The notes: generated by a model not told the origin, from the sequence alone. Numbered from the stretch's first letter, positions 1 to 62,339 are shown. The stretch is 64,000 nucleotides of DNA from the human T2T-CHM13v2.0 reference genome, Homo sapiens (GCF_009914755.1 NC_060927.1); one strand, 5' to 3'. Numbers and translations are program-made.

Positions 1-459
1 AGCAGTTTCTTATACAAACACACTTACTATAATACAACAACCTTAATCTTAGGTATTTACCCAAGACAAATGAAAACATATAACCACACAAAGACTTATA
101 TACATATGTTCATAGCAGCTTTATTCATAACAGCAAAAAAACTGAAAACAACTCAAATGTCCATCAACTGGTAAATGAATTAACAAACTGTGGTATAACT
201 ATACAATGCAAATACTACTGAATAGAAGATAAAACAGGAACTACCTACTAATACATGTAACAATATCAGTATCTCAAAAGTATTACATTAAGTGAAAGAA
301 GCTGGACACAAAAGACTGGTTATTTGAAATTCTAGAAAAGGCAAAACGAAAAGTGACAAAACGCAGATCAATGGGTTTCGAGGGGATAGAAGTGGGGGTG
401 AGGGATTGACTACAAAGGGGTAAAAGGGAAATTTTTAGGTGATACAAATGTTCTATATC

Positions 460-753
460 AGCTGGGTGTGGTGGTTCACGCCTGTAATCCCAGCACTTTG
501 GGAGGCCGAGGCAGGTGGATCATGAGGTCAGGAGTTCGAGACCAGCCTGGCCAACATGGTGAAACCCCATCTCTACTAAAAATACAAAAGTTAGCCGGGC
601 ATGGCGGCGCATGCCTGTAATCCCAGCTACTCAGGAGGCTGAGGCCAGAGAATTGCTTGAACCCGGGCAGACGAAGGTTGCAGTGAGCCGAGATTGCGCC
701 ATTGCATTCCAGCCTGGGTGACAGTGCGAAACTCCATCTCGGGGGAAAAAAAA
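460..753 (+). mobile_element. Alu (S-type) inserted in the L1
   Basis: Full dimer; TSD-like aaatgttctatatca / aaagttctgtatca. Confidence 0.92.
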
Positions 754-838
754 GTTCTGTATCAAGATTGTGGTGGTGGTAATTACACTACTATATGTTT
801 GACAAAATTCACTGAATCATATACTTAAATTGGTTAAT

Positions 839-868
839 TTTATTGTATATAATATCTTAAAATTTATT
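839..868 (-). terminator. Possible distal AATAAA poly(A) signals of a long DHX36 3'UTR
   Basis: tttatt at 839-844 and 863-868 inside an L1 3' end; use as a real site is inferred only. Confidence 0.35.
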
Positions 869-2302
869 ATATATAAAATAATACCTAAAGTTTATATATA
901 TCAAAATGGAACAATGGTAACATGATTTACTTTGCTACATTTCCAAATATTGTCCAGGGAGGATGTATTATTTTAAAATCAGAACAAAAATCCCATTTAA
1001 AAGCAATTAGCATATTAAAAATATATAAGTATACATGATCACAATGACTTATAAATAAATACAAACTCAGAGCTAAGAACAGAAGGAAATTTACCACTAT
1101 TTATTTTGGGTAAAGGAGTACTAAAATTCCTCCTAAAGCTTTTGTATAATTCATAACTTTTAGGGGAGGACTTTGTTTTAAAAATGCAGTAATAGAGAAT
1201 GCCTTGCAACAATTGGTGTAAGTTTATCTAGAGCTTTTGCCCAAATTAATTAATTGGGAAGGCATCACATGTGCTCACTGTTCAACGATGCTTTTGAAAG
1301 ATTATTCAGTAGTTTAATTTCTTTTGTTTTTTTCCTGAAAGTTTCTGTTTCAGGTTTTTTTTTTAAGAGTTATTCTCTGCATTACTCAAAATGATGAATC
1401 AAACAGATTTTCCTTCTTAATTTAATGTCTTATTCTTTAAAATCCACTAAAGAACAAACAGTTCTTAGACCTGGAATGTATTTTCTACTCAGTAATGCCC
1501 TATTTTGTAAACAAAAGAAACAGAATGTAAGTAGCACCTTGGATTAAAATGTCCAACCTAATCAGCTGTGCAGAAGACATAAATTGGAGGTAACAATAAC
1601 TGCTTTAATCTCTGTGAATGCCTCATCAATTAAATAATTCCTCAGGAACATTTTCCCCATTCATATGGGAATTACATACTGGTTTGCAAACACAGAACCA
1701 ACTAATAATCTTTTTTACAGAATCTCTAAATCCTTTCTTCCAAGACCATTTTGGCCAACTGACTGGATTTAAACTGGATAATAAAAGTAAGGGAAAAAAA
1801 AGCACAAACAGAAACTCTTACAGAGCAAGAAAGACCAGATGGTCACCTCGACGTTAGAGGCAAAACCAGTATGCTCTAATATTGTGACATGACTCTAATG
1901 CCAGCATTCAATGACAGACAGATCACTTTTAGAAGAACAGCCAAGATAAAGGATTTGAGACATAACAGGTAACACACATTCCCAGGATTGGGAGCAGTAC
2001 CTGAACAAGTGCTGTTAATGGATCACTGTAGCATTATCAATACATCCCAGTCATTGTATGATACTATTAACTCTTTCGGTTTCCTTGCATTTATTGGAAG
2101 GCACATTAAAATTTGCATTCTTTGGAGTGCAGCAAGATGCTTTTCCTGTTTCTTTCTGCAGCATGTCCAGCACTTTTACACCTTCTGTCAGACAAATAGG
2201 TTAAAACTCTTACATTGCAAAATCAAGAGTATAATACTCAGTGATGGATAGTGTATGTTTCTGATTAATACCCTTTTTGCCAAGTTAAAAATACCCTACT
2301 AG

Positions 2303-2636
<334 letters not shown>

Positions 2637-2649
2637 ACAATATCCTATT

Positions 2650-3170
2650 AAAAGTGGCTTAAACAATTGAAGGGTTTTTATTATATCAACATAAGTCCAC
2701 ATGTAAAGCAGCTCTAGAATGGGTTAATTCTGAAGCTTACCGGCATTATCAAAGGCTCTGGTGAGTTCTATCTTTCCACTGAGCTAACCTCAGTCTGAGT
2801 CCGTGTCTCCTTGTGATCATTAGTTGGCTGCAGCAGTTCCAACTATCAGAGTCAGAAAAGACAATGTCCAGAGAGAGCAGGATTTCCTCCTCTAAGCCTA
2901 TTAGTGAGTAAAACATTTTTCAGACACCCCCTTGAAGATCACTTCTCAGCTGCCATTCACTAGGACATGTTTATGTACTCATGCCTTATCAATTACTTAT
3001 AAGGGGGATAAGACCACATGTGATTCATTTAGAACAGCAGGATTCACCCTTAGGGAAAGGGTCCAACATACCTGGGCACAGAGCTGCACAGAAGGGAACA
3101 CCAGAATAAGCAAGCAAGAAGGGAGGGACAAAATAGTTGCTGGCCGGCAACCAACAGTATTTATCACAAT
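2650..3170 (-). mobile_element. Old MaLR LTR fragment (MLT1-type)
   Basis: gtggcttaaacaa and ggctgcagcagttcca motifs typical of antisense MLT1; highly diverged. Confidence 0.5.
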
Positions 3171-3384
3171 CTGATAGGGCTGAAAATGTACAGCATGTGT
3201 TGTTACACTATTCCTTGGCGAAGAAGATAAGTAGCAATAAAATAAAAAGTGTAATATAATAGATTGTTAGACATTTACGAAAATATTTCAGGGACAAATA
3301 ACAACTAAGATTCAGAGAGTACAGGCACTAGCCTATGTGCTTTACATGTATTAATGTACTTCATCCTCACAACTGTTACATGTA

Positions 3385-3729
3385 CAGTTGTCCCTCAGTA
3401 TCTGTGGGGGACTGGTTTCCAACCCCAACCCCTCAAATACCAAAATCCATGGATGCTCAAGTCTTTTATAATAAAATGGCGTAGTATTTGCATGTTACCT
3501 AGGCACAACCTCCCATATTCTTTAAGTCATCTCTAGATTATTTATAATACCTAATACAATGTAAATACTATATAAATAGCTGTTAAACTGTATTGTTTAG
3601 GGAATGACAAGGAAAAAAGTCTGCACATGTTCAGTATAGACACAACCATCCTTTTTTTCCCCAAATATCTTCTATCCACAGTTGTTTGAATCCACAGATG
3701 TGGAATGCATGGATATGAAGGGCCAACTG
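3385..3729. mobile_element. MER2 (Tigger/TcMar family) non-autonomous DNA transposon, apparently full length (345 bp)
   Basis: Terminal inverted repeats cagttgtccctcagtatctg / catggatatgaagggccaactg with TA TSD on both sides. Confidence 0.85.
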
Positions 3730-3967
3730 TATCTTACAAGATAAGGAAAAAGAGAGAGAAGCCAAGACACTGACTAACTGACAGAGCTGAGACTGGAACT
3801 GAGGTAATCAGGCTCCAGACCGTGCTCTCAATTGCTGTATTATGAGGCACAGGGTGATATAAAAAGGGCACGTGTTTTAAAAATAGTAAAAATATCAAAT
3901 GAACCAAGCCATAGGTGAAAATGTAGAAACCAATCCAAGAGGTTGGCTGAGATTTAACATTGTACAT

Positions 3968-3990
3968 TTTATTAAATACTGGACTTTATT
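3968..3990 (-). terminator. Tandem proximal AATAAA poly(A) signals of DHX36
   Basis: tttatt on + at 3968-3973 and 3985-3990, about 460-480 nt after the stop; UGUA overlaps the first signal in transcript order. Confidence 0.7.
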
Positions 3991-4258
3991 ACAACAAATT
4001 AATTTACTTCCGATAGAAGTTTCATTTTAAAAAATGTGGTTGTGTTCAAATTCTTAATTGACACTTGTTTTGGGGTAAACATCCTATTTTTACTGGTGGT
4101 ATCATCAATCATTATGAGCAGAAAGATTAATTTTGTATAACAGAACAAAGGAATTTCTCAAGTGGTACAATACTCAATATATATAAAGGGAATATACTCC
4201 CAAAGAGTGGGCATGACCACAGCAGAGTATATGATCAGAGAACATATTGCTTTTATGG

Positions 4259-4279
4259 TATATATATATATATATATAT
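4259..4279. repeat. (TA)n microsatellite in the DHX36 3'UTR
   Basis: Direct reading. Confidence 0.9.
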
Positions 4280-4448
4280 CTCTACATATAACATCAAGTC
4301 ATGCACATTAAGTCTTTACTACCTACTGAAGGCTTCTACCTTACACATGAAAATTGTTCATGTCCCAGGGTTTGGCATCCAGCCAAAATTTAAACAATGA
4401 TGAAGAATGGCTGTCAAACTGGCTTTTCAGACCACCCCTGAAAAGCTG

Positions 4449-52674
<48,226 letters not shown>

Positions 52675-52714
52675 TGTCCTGGCAGACTACAACCCGTCAG
52701 AACCAGCAACCGCT

Positions 52715-52975
52715 GGAAATGGCGTCCGGGCCCGGAAGCCACTGTGCGCCCACTTCCGTTTTGCTTCCGTAGCACCGCACAAGAGGGCGGGCCATTTAGC
52801 GTCACAAGCAGTGGTTTCTGGTGACGTCACGGGAGGACGACCCCGGTGGTCTGGAGGGTGGCAGGGATCAGGTTCTGTCTGAGCCCCCGAGTTGTTTATC
52901 TTTGTACCTCTGGAGCAACAGCCAGCCAAAGGCTCGTAGATTTTCTTTCCCTAGGCCCAGCAAGTGAGCCAATAG
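52715..52975 (-). promoter_or_regulatory. TATA-less DHX36 core/proximal promoter motifs
   Basis: YY1-like CGCCATTT on - (52717-52724); ETS CGGAAG cores (52733-52738, 52753-52758, 52764-52769); GC box GGGCGGG (52785-52791); palindromic CRE GTGACGTCAC (52821-52830); CCAAT (52969-52973). Confidence 0.7.
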
Positions 52976-53564
52976 CTTTTGGTTTTTACTTTCTTATTCC
53001 TGGTAAATCCGCAGTTTTCTTGCACTTAGGTCCTAGGGTAGTAAACGTTGATTGAAACAAAAGAACCCTTGGATCAATTCGCCGTCTTCTAAAGAAAAGT
53101 CTCTAAAAAATGAGTTCTTCTAGTCTTGAAAACAGCCTGACAACTATTCAAATATGTAATTTAAAATCCCCTTACCTCCTTGAAAGTGTTGTCACTATTT
53201 AGTACGTTTATCCAATAGTGTTAAGATGAGCGTGTCTACCCAAATTCGGTGCAGAGCTCTTAGGCAATGTAAATAAACTACTTTGAAGATTCATGTGTTC
53301 ATATGAAGCCACATACTGTTTATTAACCAGCACACTGAGTGTTTTGTACAAGCTGTTCTTGAATAATCAAGTAATTGGGCCACACAGGCTTGGATGTACA
53401 CCAGGAGATATCCAGCTCATGTTACAGTTAACTGATGTAAAGGTGCTGGGAATACTCACTGAACAAAGCAAGTATGGCATGAGCTTTTATTTGCCTACAG
53501 TCTTAAGGGAAAGACAAAGGCTATCTTTGTGCAGTGAATTAAGAAAGGGAAATGCTGTATGCCA

Positions 53565-54037
53565 GGAAGGGGTCTACAATACACCATTGTGGCCTAAAAA
53601 TTATTTTGAGCAAAGACATTTGAGTTTCTGAAATCTACCTGTCTAAATGCAGAACCACACGGAGGAATTCAAATCAAGCTCCTCCCTGGGAGGGAAACCC
53701 AGGAAGACTGACTCTTATCACTGGAGGTTAGAAGCTGGCAACACACTTGAATAGACATTGTCACAAAGCTATCATATCTGGCATCTGTTTTAAGGTGTCA
53801 TTTATTTTTACTAAAAGTCATTTGTTTTTTCCATACGTGCTGTTTTCCCCTTTCCTTCCCTTTATAAGATGGTAGATAAGTCAGAACTCTACCTCCCTGA
53901 ATCACCTTTTTCTGTGAACTCTATTATGTATGTGGTTAAGTCTGTCTTTTCTTTTGCTAATCTGTTTTGTCACTTTAAGTCTGGGGCCTGCAAACACTGA
54001 ATCTAAGAAAGTAGACAAAAAGTATTTCCTCCCTAAG
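53565..54037 (+). mobile_element. ERV1 solo-LTR remnant (MER34-like)
   Basis: aaggggtc...attattttgagc...ttttgctaatctgttttgtca...gaatctaagaaagtaga...tttcctccct. Confidence 0.55.
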
Positions 54038-54713
54038 AGCCAAGAGATACTACAGCAAAAGAATTTAATTTTGGAGTTAGGTGAGTTATGCAACAACTTT
54101 TGAGATAAGTAGACTTTTGCCAGACTAATGGGCAGAAGAAAAGTATGGCAGGTGAAAGGAACAATGTGTAAAGACAGATAATGATGTGAGACATCGGAGA
54201 ACTTAAAACAACTACCCTGAATCTTAAAGCCTGATGGGGAAGGCCAAAGAGGTAGATAGGGGTCTGATTATGGAAAACTTATGTGCCACTTAAAGAACAG
54301 TGATATGTTTATGCAGAGCAGTGGTTATTTTGACTGCTTCAATTGGAAATAAATAGCGGAGACAAGAGTGGATACAGGGAAACTAGTTAATGTGATGTAG
54401 GGGAGGCAAAATGGGATGACAGGGCATTACATGTGGAAAGAATTGGAATCAGGAGACATTAGAAGATAAAATTACTTAAATTTGATGATTCATTGAATGT
54501 GGAGAATTGGAAGGGTTAAACGACTCCAAGTTTAAGATTTGAATTATTAACCCATGGGGAGGCACATTGTATCCTGAGATGAGAAACACAGGACAAGGAA
54601 CATTTTGGGGGTGAGGGGCAGGGCAAGTTAATGTGTTTTATTTTTACATGTGGACTTTGAGGAACTTATGAAACATACAAATGGAGTATCTAGAAAGCAG
54701 GCTGTAAGAGTTA

Positions 54714-55024
<311 letters not shown>

Positions 55025-55237
55025 GTTGAAACGTTAAAAGTACAAAGAGAGTAGACTGAAATTATATGTTTTGGGAGTCCTTGGCACATGTGATTAAGGC
55101 CGTAGGAATGAATAGTTTCTATAAAAGCATCCCAATTGGGCACTCCTGATGTGAAAAATATGTCAACTGTCTAAGAGATGAGATTGAGTAGGCATACTGA
55201 AGATGATAGGGGCAAAGTGGGAAGAAAATGGTGAGAG

Positions 55238-56760
55238 TGTTATGGGCTAAATCTTTGTGTTCATGCAAAATTCATGATGAAGCCCTAACTCCCAATATGG
55301 CTGTAGAAGAGGCCTCTAAAAAATGTAATTAAAGCAAAATGAGGTCATAAAGGTGAGATCCTGATAATAGGTTTAGTGCCCTTTAAAAAGAGACATCAGA
55401 GAGCTTGTTCCTCCCTCTCAGACGAAAGGCCATGTGAGGACAAAACAGCAGCCATCCATGCTCCAGGAGTAGCTCTGTAAACCAAAAATACATTTTTTTT
55501 TTTTGAGATGGAGTCTCACTCTGTTACCCAGGATGGAGTGCAGTGGCACAGTCATGGCTCACTGCAGCCCCAACATCCCTGGTTCAAGTGATCCTCCCAC
55601 CTTAGCCCCCTAAAGTAGCTGGGACCATAGACGCGTACTGCCGCACCCAGCTAATTAAAAAAAAAGATTGGTAGAGATGGGGTCTTCCTATTTTGGCTGG
55701 TCTGGCCTTGAACTCCTGGGTGTAAGCAATCCTCCTGCCTCGGCCTCCCAAAGTGCTGGGATTACATGTGTGAGCCACCGCACATTGCCCCAAAATAAAA
55801 TTGGAAGCCCTCCCAACCAACTGAATGGACCCGTCCTCTAAGCCAAAAGCATCCTAAAGTAAACCTGACTTGGTCAGGCCATGATGGGAATGGGAGGTTG
55901 GACATGCCTCATTATACCTTCCTTCCTTTGGAATCAGGTACAGCTGACCAGTATTAACATTGAAGCAGAGACCTTAAGACTGACAGAACAGACTCTTTGT
56001 AGCAATATGATGTCAACATAGTAGTAGGCCCTGAAAGAAAGCATTTTACCCCAAAATATATTTATTTGACATATTTTGAAATGGCCCTTCAAAGCTGTCT
56101 CTCATGGGGAAAATCTACATTCTGTAGAGAACCTCCTTCCCCCTTTCCATTTCTTCTCCATGATCCAGAAGAGGATTAACTAAGAGTCTGGAACCTTTTT
56201 AAGTTGAATAAGAAATATTTACAATCTATTCTTTCTGAAGCCTGCAACCTTGGAGGTCTTATCAGCATAATAAGAACCTTGGTCTTCACAACTCCTTATC
56301 TTAACCCAGACAGTCCCTTCTGTTGTTTCCAGGTGTTTAGATAAACTCTTTCAATCAATCAGAAAATCTTTGAATTCACCTGTGACCTGGAAAACTCCCT
56401 CCTCCTTTGAGTTGTCCCACCTTTCCAGATGGAATCAATGTGCATCTTACATGTATTGATTGATGTTTTATGTCTCCCTAAAATATATAGAACAAAGCTG
56501 TACCCTGACCACCTTGGATACATGTTCTCAGTATCTCCTGGGACTGTGTCATGGGCCATGGACATTAGCATCTGGCACAGAATAAATCTCTTCAAATGTT
56601 TTAGAGTTTGACTCTTCGCTGACAGCTCTCATTAGGAACTGGATTAGCTGGCACCTTGATCTTGGACTTCCTAGTTTCCAGACTTTAAGAAACACATTTC
56701 TGTTGTTTTAGCTGCCCAGGCTGTGGCGTTTTGTTATGACAACACAAACAGACTAATATG
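55238..56760 (+). mobile_element. MaLR LTR (MST-like) split by a MER4-group LTR
   Basis: tgttatgggctaaat...ggcaccttgatcttggacttcc...gactaata; 5-bp TSD gagag (55233-55237 / 56761-56765). Confidence 0.75.
55476..56624 (+). mobile_element. MER4-group ERV1 solo LTR containing an antisense Alu (55493-55790)
   Basis: TGTAAACCAAAAATA...aataaatctcttcaaa...gagtttgactcttcgctgaCA; 4-bp TSD gctc. Confidence 0.8.
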
Positions 56761-56850
56761 GAGAGTCAGAGGGGAAGAGAATTAGTGTTTATTTGTCACT
56801 TAGCATTTGCTAGGTATTAGACTAAGTGGCAGGCATTTGTGGCAGAATAA

Positions 56851-57009
<159 letters not shown>

Positions 57010-57260
57010 TAGGACTGCAGGTGTACACCACCATGCCTGGCTATTTTTTTTATTATTATTATCTGTAGAGATGAGGTATTGCTATGTTGCCCAGGCTGGT
57101 CTTGAACTTCTGGGATCAAGTGATCCTCCCACCTCAACCTCCCAAAGTGCTGAGATTACAGGTGTGAGCAACTGTGCCTGGCTGAGATGTTCATGGAAAC
57201 TCCCTGGAAACTGTGAATATATTACATGGCCAGGGCAAAGTAAGGTTGCTAATCAGCCGA

Positions 57261-57724
57261 TGTGATAATTAATTTTATATGTCAACTTAATTAGGCTAAG
57301 GGATGCTCAGAGAGCCAGTAAAACATTATTTCTAGGTAGGTCTGTGAGGGTGTTTCTGGAAGGGATTAGCATTTGAATTCATAGACTGACTAAAGAAGAT
57401 CGTCTTCATCAATGTAAGTGTGCTTCATCCAATCCATTAAGGGCCCAAGTAGAATGAAAAGGTGGAAGGCTAATTTACTCTCTCCTCTTGAGCTATGACA
57501 TCCATCTCCTGTTCTTGGACATCAGCACTGTTGGTTCTCAAGCCTTTAGGCTTGGATTAGAACTACACCACCAGCTTTCCTAGGTCTCCAGCTTATAGAA
57601 AGTATATTGTGGGACTTCTCAGTCTCCATAATCATGTGATCCAATCTCTCATGATATAGCTCAGTTTCTGTGTATCTATATCTGTCCTATTAGTTTTGTT
57701 TCTCTGGGAAACCTGATGAATGCA
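57261..57724 (+). mobile_element. MLT2 (ERVL) solo LTR
   Basis: tgtgataattaattttatatgtcaactt...cctattagttttgtttctctgg...; TSD gccga/gctga. Confidence 0.78.
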
Positions 57725-57973
57725 GCTGACTTTAAAACAGGAAGATATCCTGAATTATCTGGGTGAGCCCTATGTAATCATAAGGGTCCTTAAAAGTGAA
57801 AGAGGGTGGTAGAACAGAAGGTCATAGTGATGTGACATAAGGATTTGACTAGCTGTTGCTGGCCTTGAAGATGGAGGAAGGGGTCACAAGCAAAAGAATT
57901 CAGGCAGCCTCTAGAAACTGGAAAGAAAATAGATTCTCCCCCAGGGCTTCCAGAAAGAAATACAACCATACTG

Positions 57974-58077
57974 ATCCTTTTGCAGTTCATGAGCATGATG
58001 ATTGGGTATTCGTGCACATGTGTGAGATGTGCCACCCTCGAACCTTGTTATGACATCGGCACATTGCTCATCTAACA
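57974..58077 (+). pseudogene. U13 snoRNA (SNORD13) processed retrocopy
   Basis: 104 nt matching recalled U13 (ATCCTTTTG.AGTTCATGAGC.TGATGATTGGG...GTGTGAGATGTGCCACCCT.GAACCTTGTTA.GAC); box C TGATGA intact, box D CTGA changed to CTAA; A-rich tail; 20-bp TSD with 1 mismatch. Confidence 0.9.
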
Positions 58078-59409
58078 GGAAGAAAAATAAATAAATAAAA
58101 AGAAATACAACCATATTGACCCCTTGATTTTAGCCCAGTGAAGACTCTTGTCAAAACATTATGCTACAGAACTGTAAGATAGTAAATTTGTGTTAGTTAA
58201 GACTGTAGTAATTTCTTATGGCTACACTAGAAAAGTAATACAATTCCTTATCTCATTTCACACAATCCTCATGACAGCCCCAGAGAAAGTTAGTGTTATC
58301 TCTATTTTCTGATAAATTGTTTTACTGCCCTTCGCCTCATGTTTGCTGATCCTAAGTAGATTCTTAGTTATAAATGTAAAATTACTATGTTTTCCATACT
58401 TCTTCAGCATGAAGTATTTAAGGTATTGCTTGAGCCTATTCCTTTAGGCAAACACTTTAGTACAAATGTCACTGTAGTAAAAATCTGCACAAAAGGAAGA
58501 TTTTCAACGAAAGACCTGAAAGATATTGATGGGAAGGAAAATGTCAGTTGTTACCTGCTTTTTCTTTTTTCCCTGCCTTGATCAGAACTGCGAAAATTTT
58601 TACATTACCTAATGCCAGAAAACAAACAGAATGGTTCATTATAATTGCCATTGTTTCTCTTACTGGTCCTCTGTTGTGTGCTGTTCTTTGGGCAGGCAAC
58701 AAAGATGTCTCTCTCAAATGTCCTCTTCATTAATGGTGGCCTGGGCCACAGAATGCATAGCCATTGCTTTCAAACCCACAGCATTTGGTGTCCAGCTTCT
58801 GTTCTCCCTATCACACCTGCCATTGCATCTGGAATGCAGCAAAGGTGAGCCACACAGAGCCACACCACCACTGGAAACTGTCACAATTTTCTCAGTTTCA
58901 GGGAATCTTTTCTTCTTCATCTTTTTTTTTTATCTGTACCCTGGGAAACAACTCTTATATAACTTATTCATAGGTGTAATATTCACAAAGGCATGGGGGT
59001 GAAGGAGATTTTCTTCAGTGTTCTTGGAAAATGAAATCTTTAACTTCTACTTTCACTTGGAGGTGGGGATAGGGACATGAAGATAAAAGTGACCCTACCC
59101 TTCTATAGAATATAAAGTCTGGCTATGGGCTGGAACGCCTACACATAGCCTCTCCATTTGGTTTCTCTGTGTGGCCTAGTTTGAGCCTCCTCACAGCATC
59201 GCAGCTGGATTCAAGAGCAAATGTCACCAAGCAAGTTGGAAGTACATGACATTTGACATCTTTATGAACTAGTCTCCAATGTCACATAGCATAACTTCCA
59301 CTGTGTTTTACTAGTTGAGGCAGTTACAGATGTCCACTTAGGTTTAAGGGTGGCTAGGGCCTTAGCACACCGTGGGAGTAGAGCCAAAGTCACATTAGAA
59401 GAGCAGGAT

Positions 59410-59639
59410 GCAGGAATTAGAGACCAGCCTGGGCAACATAGGGAGACCCTGCTCTACAAAAAATCAAAAATTAGCCAGGCATCGTGGTGGAAAGCTTGTG
59501 GTCCCAGCTACTTGGGAGGCTGAGGTGGGAGAATAGCTCGAGCCCAGGAGATCGAGGCTGCAGTGAGTGCATTCATGCCACTGCACTCCAGCCTGGAGAA
59601 CAGAGCAGGACTCTTGTCTCAGAAAAAAAAAAAAAAAAA
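59410..59639 (+). mobile_element. 5'-truncated Alu (J-like)
   Basis: gagaccagcctgggcaacata...poly-A. Confidence 0.85.
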
Positions 59640-60091
59640 GGAAGAAGAGGAAGAGCATGTGGGATGGAAGGAAAACAATTCTAAAATAGCACTATCCTAG
59701 GTGAATCAGATATTTGTTTGAACAAATGCCATGTCTGCCTACTAATTCCATCTGTTTCCCACAAAAAGGAAAACAAAAATTGTGACTTCGTGAGGTCATA
59801 GGATTTCAAGATCCACATTAAAGACCCTCTTGAGAGATTTTCATAACATTTTCCTTTTAAAACTACAGAATCTCATTAAATTGGTGGATTTTCCTCACCC
59901 AATTTAAGCATGCAATCTTAGATCTTAGGAAAAAATATTGTGAAAGAGTGCTAAGAAATTTTATTTAATGAACAGAACTTTTTAAATTTAAAAACGATAA
60001 TGAAAATATAAGGCCTAAAGTTTTCAGTTAGCAAGTAGATAATGTAACTTTGCCACTCTAACTAGGCAACCATGGCTTTGTCTAAACTCTA

Positions 60092-60437
<346 letters not shown>

Positions 60438-61679
60438 AGTTTTTGGAAGTTGTATTTCTACTAAATGGTAGAGAATACAATTTACCTCTGAGGCATGTTT
60501 TTTCCCTTATTCTTGAAAAATTACCCAGTGAGACTATGCATATGTGAAGGTAGAGCAAAGATCCTCCTCTGTAACAAAGTGTTGCAAAAACGACATGCCT
60601 CCGGATATCTAAACTGCTCTATATGACATTGCAAAAGATTGTGTTCAAAGTTTTTTTGTATTTGGATCTTTGACTGCTCAATTCCGGAAAGTGACTGTGT
60701 ATTCTTGAGAGGAATGTATGTTTCTATGCGTGTGTATGAATGTTTGTGTATGTGTATTCTCTATGTATTTGAAATTAAGACTTCAAGACTGTAGGAAAGA
60801 CTAGTAGATATGATCTTCTTTGTATATTAAACTATGAAAGAGATTGTATAAACTAACATACATTTGGAGCAGTATAGTCTGAACTAGAGTGTTGACGTCA
60901 CAGATTCAGGGTTAAGACCATACAATTCAAAGTTGGGAAAATGTATCATTGTTCAATTACCGTGTGCAGTGCCTCTGCCTCTGCAGCTTATAAAAATGGG
61001 CAGGGAGCGCTATTTACATTCTGTTATGGTATAGTATGTGCTTGTCTAGTTGATTACAGGGCATGTAACAGAGACAGGCTAGCTAGCTCTTCACCATATT
61101 TTGGGTTCTTCTTCCTGTACACAGCTAGATATATTTCCTAGTCTTCTCTGGAACCAGCTGTGGTTCTGTATTGAGTTCTATCCAATAGCAGAAGCTGCAA
61201 TGACTGAGGTGCAGTTCTTCCAAGCCAGTCACACTAAGCACTCCAGTGCAGAATCCTTCATGTCCTTTTCCCATCTGTCAGCTGATGCAGATGAGCATAA
61301 TGATCATAAGAACCGTACATTAAAAATGTAAAACTACATGAACCTAGGCCCCTTAACCATATCTTAAAGAAGAAAGGCCCTACTGATAAGGAACATTCAT
61401 TTAACTGCTGCTGCTCTCTGCCTTCCAAATCTTGTACAAATGCCTCTCATTTTTAGATGCGAAACCTGAACTTTGCTGAAAAGAGGGTCTTGGAAATAAA
61501 GTTTTCTGTCTTCTAGCCTCTGTGATACATAAAGGAGTTGAGAAACATTGAGATATTGCAGAGTATTGACAGAAAATAAATGAGATAATTGTTTTTCCCT
61601 TGAGCTACAGACTTCATAGATAGGCTTTTAAAAAATGTGTAATTTATTTCATGTTACCAAGGAAATCCTCTCCACTTAT

Positions 61680-62200
61680 TGAATCAGAATACAATTATGA
61701 CGCCATCCTGACTACTACCACCCTAAACTTAACCAACATCATCTCTAGCCTGGACTATTAAAATAGCCTAACTGTTCTTTCTGTGGTGGTCTTTGTGTCT
61801 GTACAGTCTTTGACCCTTGCAATAGACAATCATTTTTGAAATGAGATCATGTCACTTTTTTGCTTAGAACCCTCCAATGGTTTTTCACTTCATTTAGAAC
61901 AAGACTAGATGTTCATACCTGGTCTGCAACGCCAGTTTCCTCCTGCCATTATCTGTTTGCCTTTATCTCCAACCACTCTCTACCTCTCTCACTCAGCTGC
62001 ATTCACATTGACCTCCTTAATGGTTTCACAGATTACAAAAGGCACACTCCTACCTCTGGATACTTGCTGTTCCCTTTGCTGGGACTATGATTTCCCTAGA
62101 TAATCACATAGCATGTTTCCTCACTTTATTTGAGACTCTGATGAAATGTTACTTTATCAGTGAAGGCTTTTCTGACTAAATTATTGAAAAAAGCACTCTT
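61680..62200. mobile_element. L2 fragment
   Basis: catcatctctagcctggactatt...gatcatgtcactt...cctccaatgg...ttgctgttccct motifs. Confidence 0.65.
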
Positions 62201-62339
62201 CCCATCTTTGTCCCTTTATTCTAATTTTATTCTTTGGCCATTGTTACCTCTGGTCCCTATTTTCTGTCAACACACTTAATACCAGCATACATATATATGT
62301 ACCACACACTTATCACTACCATATGTATATATGTAAATA

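Larger units (their letters stand above)
1..900 (+). mobile_element. Ancient L1 (L1M-type) ORF2 end and 3'UTR fragment, split by an Alu
   Basis: L1M-like motifs ttaggtatttacccaag, gttcatagcagctttattcataa, aaatgtccatcaac, aaactgtggtata and terminal aattttattgtata. Confidence 0.75.

Noticed and set aside
52686-52700. GACTACAACCCG resembling the ZNF143/THAP11 ACTACAnnnCCC motif
   Set aside because: Spacing to the CCC half does not fit; only a partial match.
52687-52929. 80-aa minus-strand ORF upstream of the DHX36 ATG (possible uORF)
   Set aside because: It starts at TTG and mostly lies over promoter motifs, probably upstream of the TSS.
60893-60900. Isolated TGACGTCA CRE
   Set aside because: A single 8-mer 8 kb from the promoter in CpG-poor DNA is expected by chance.
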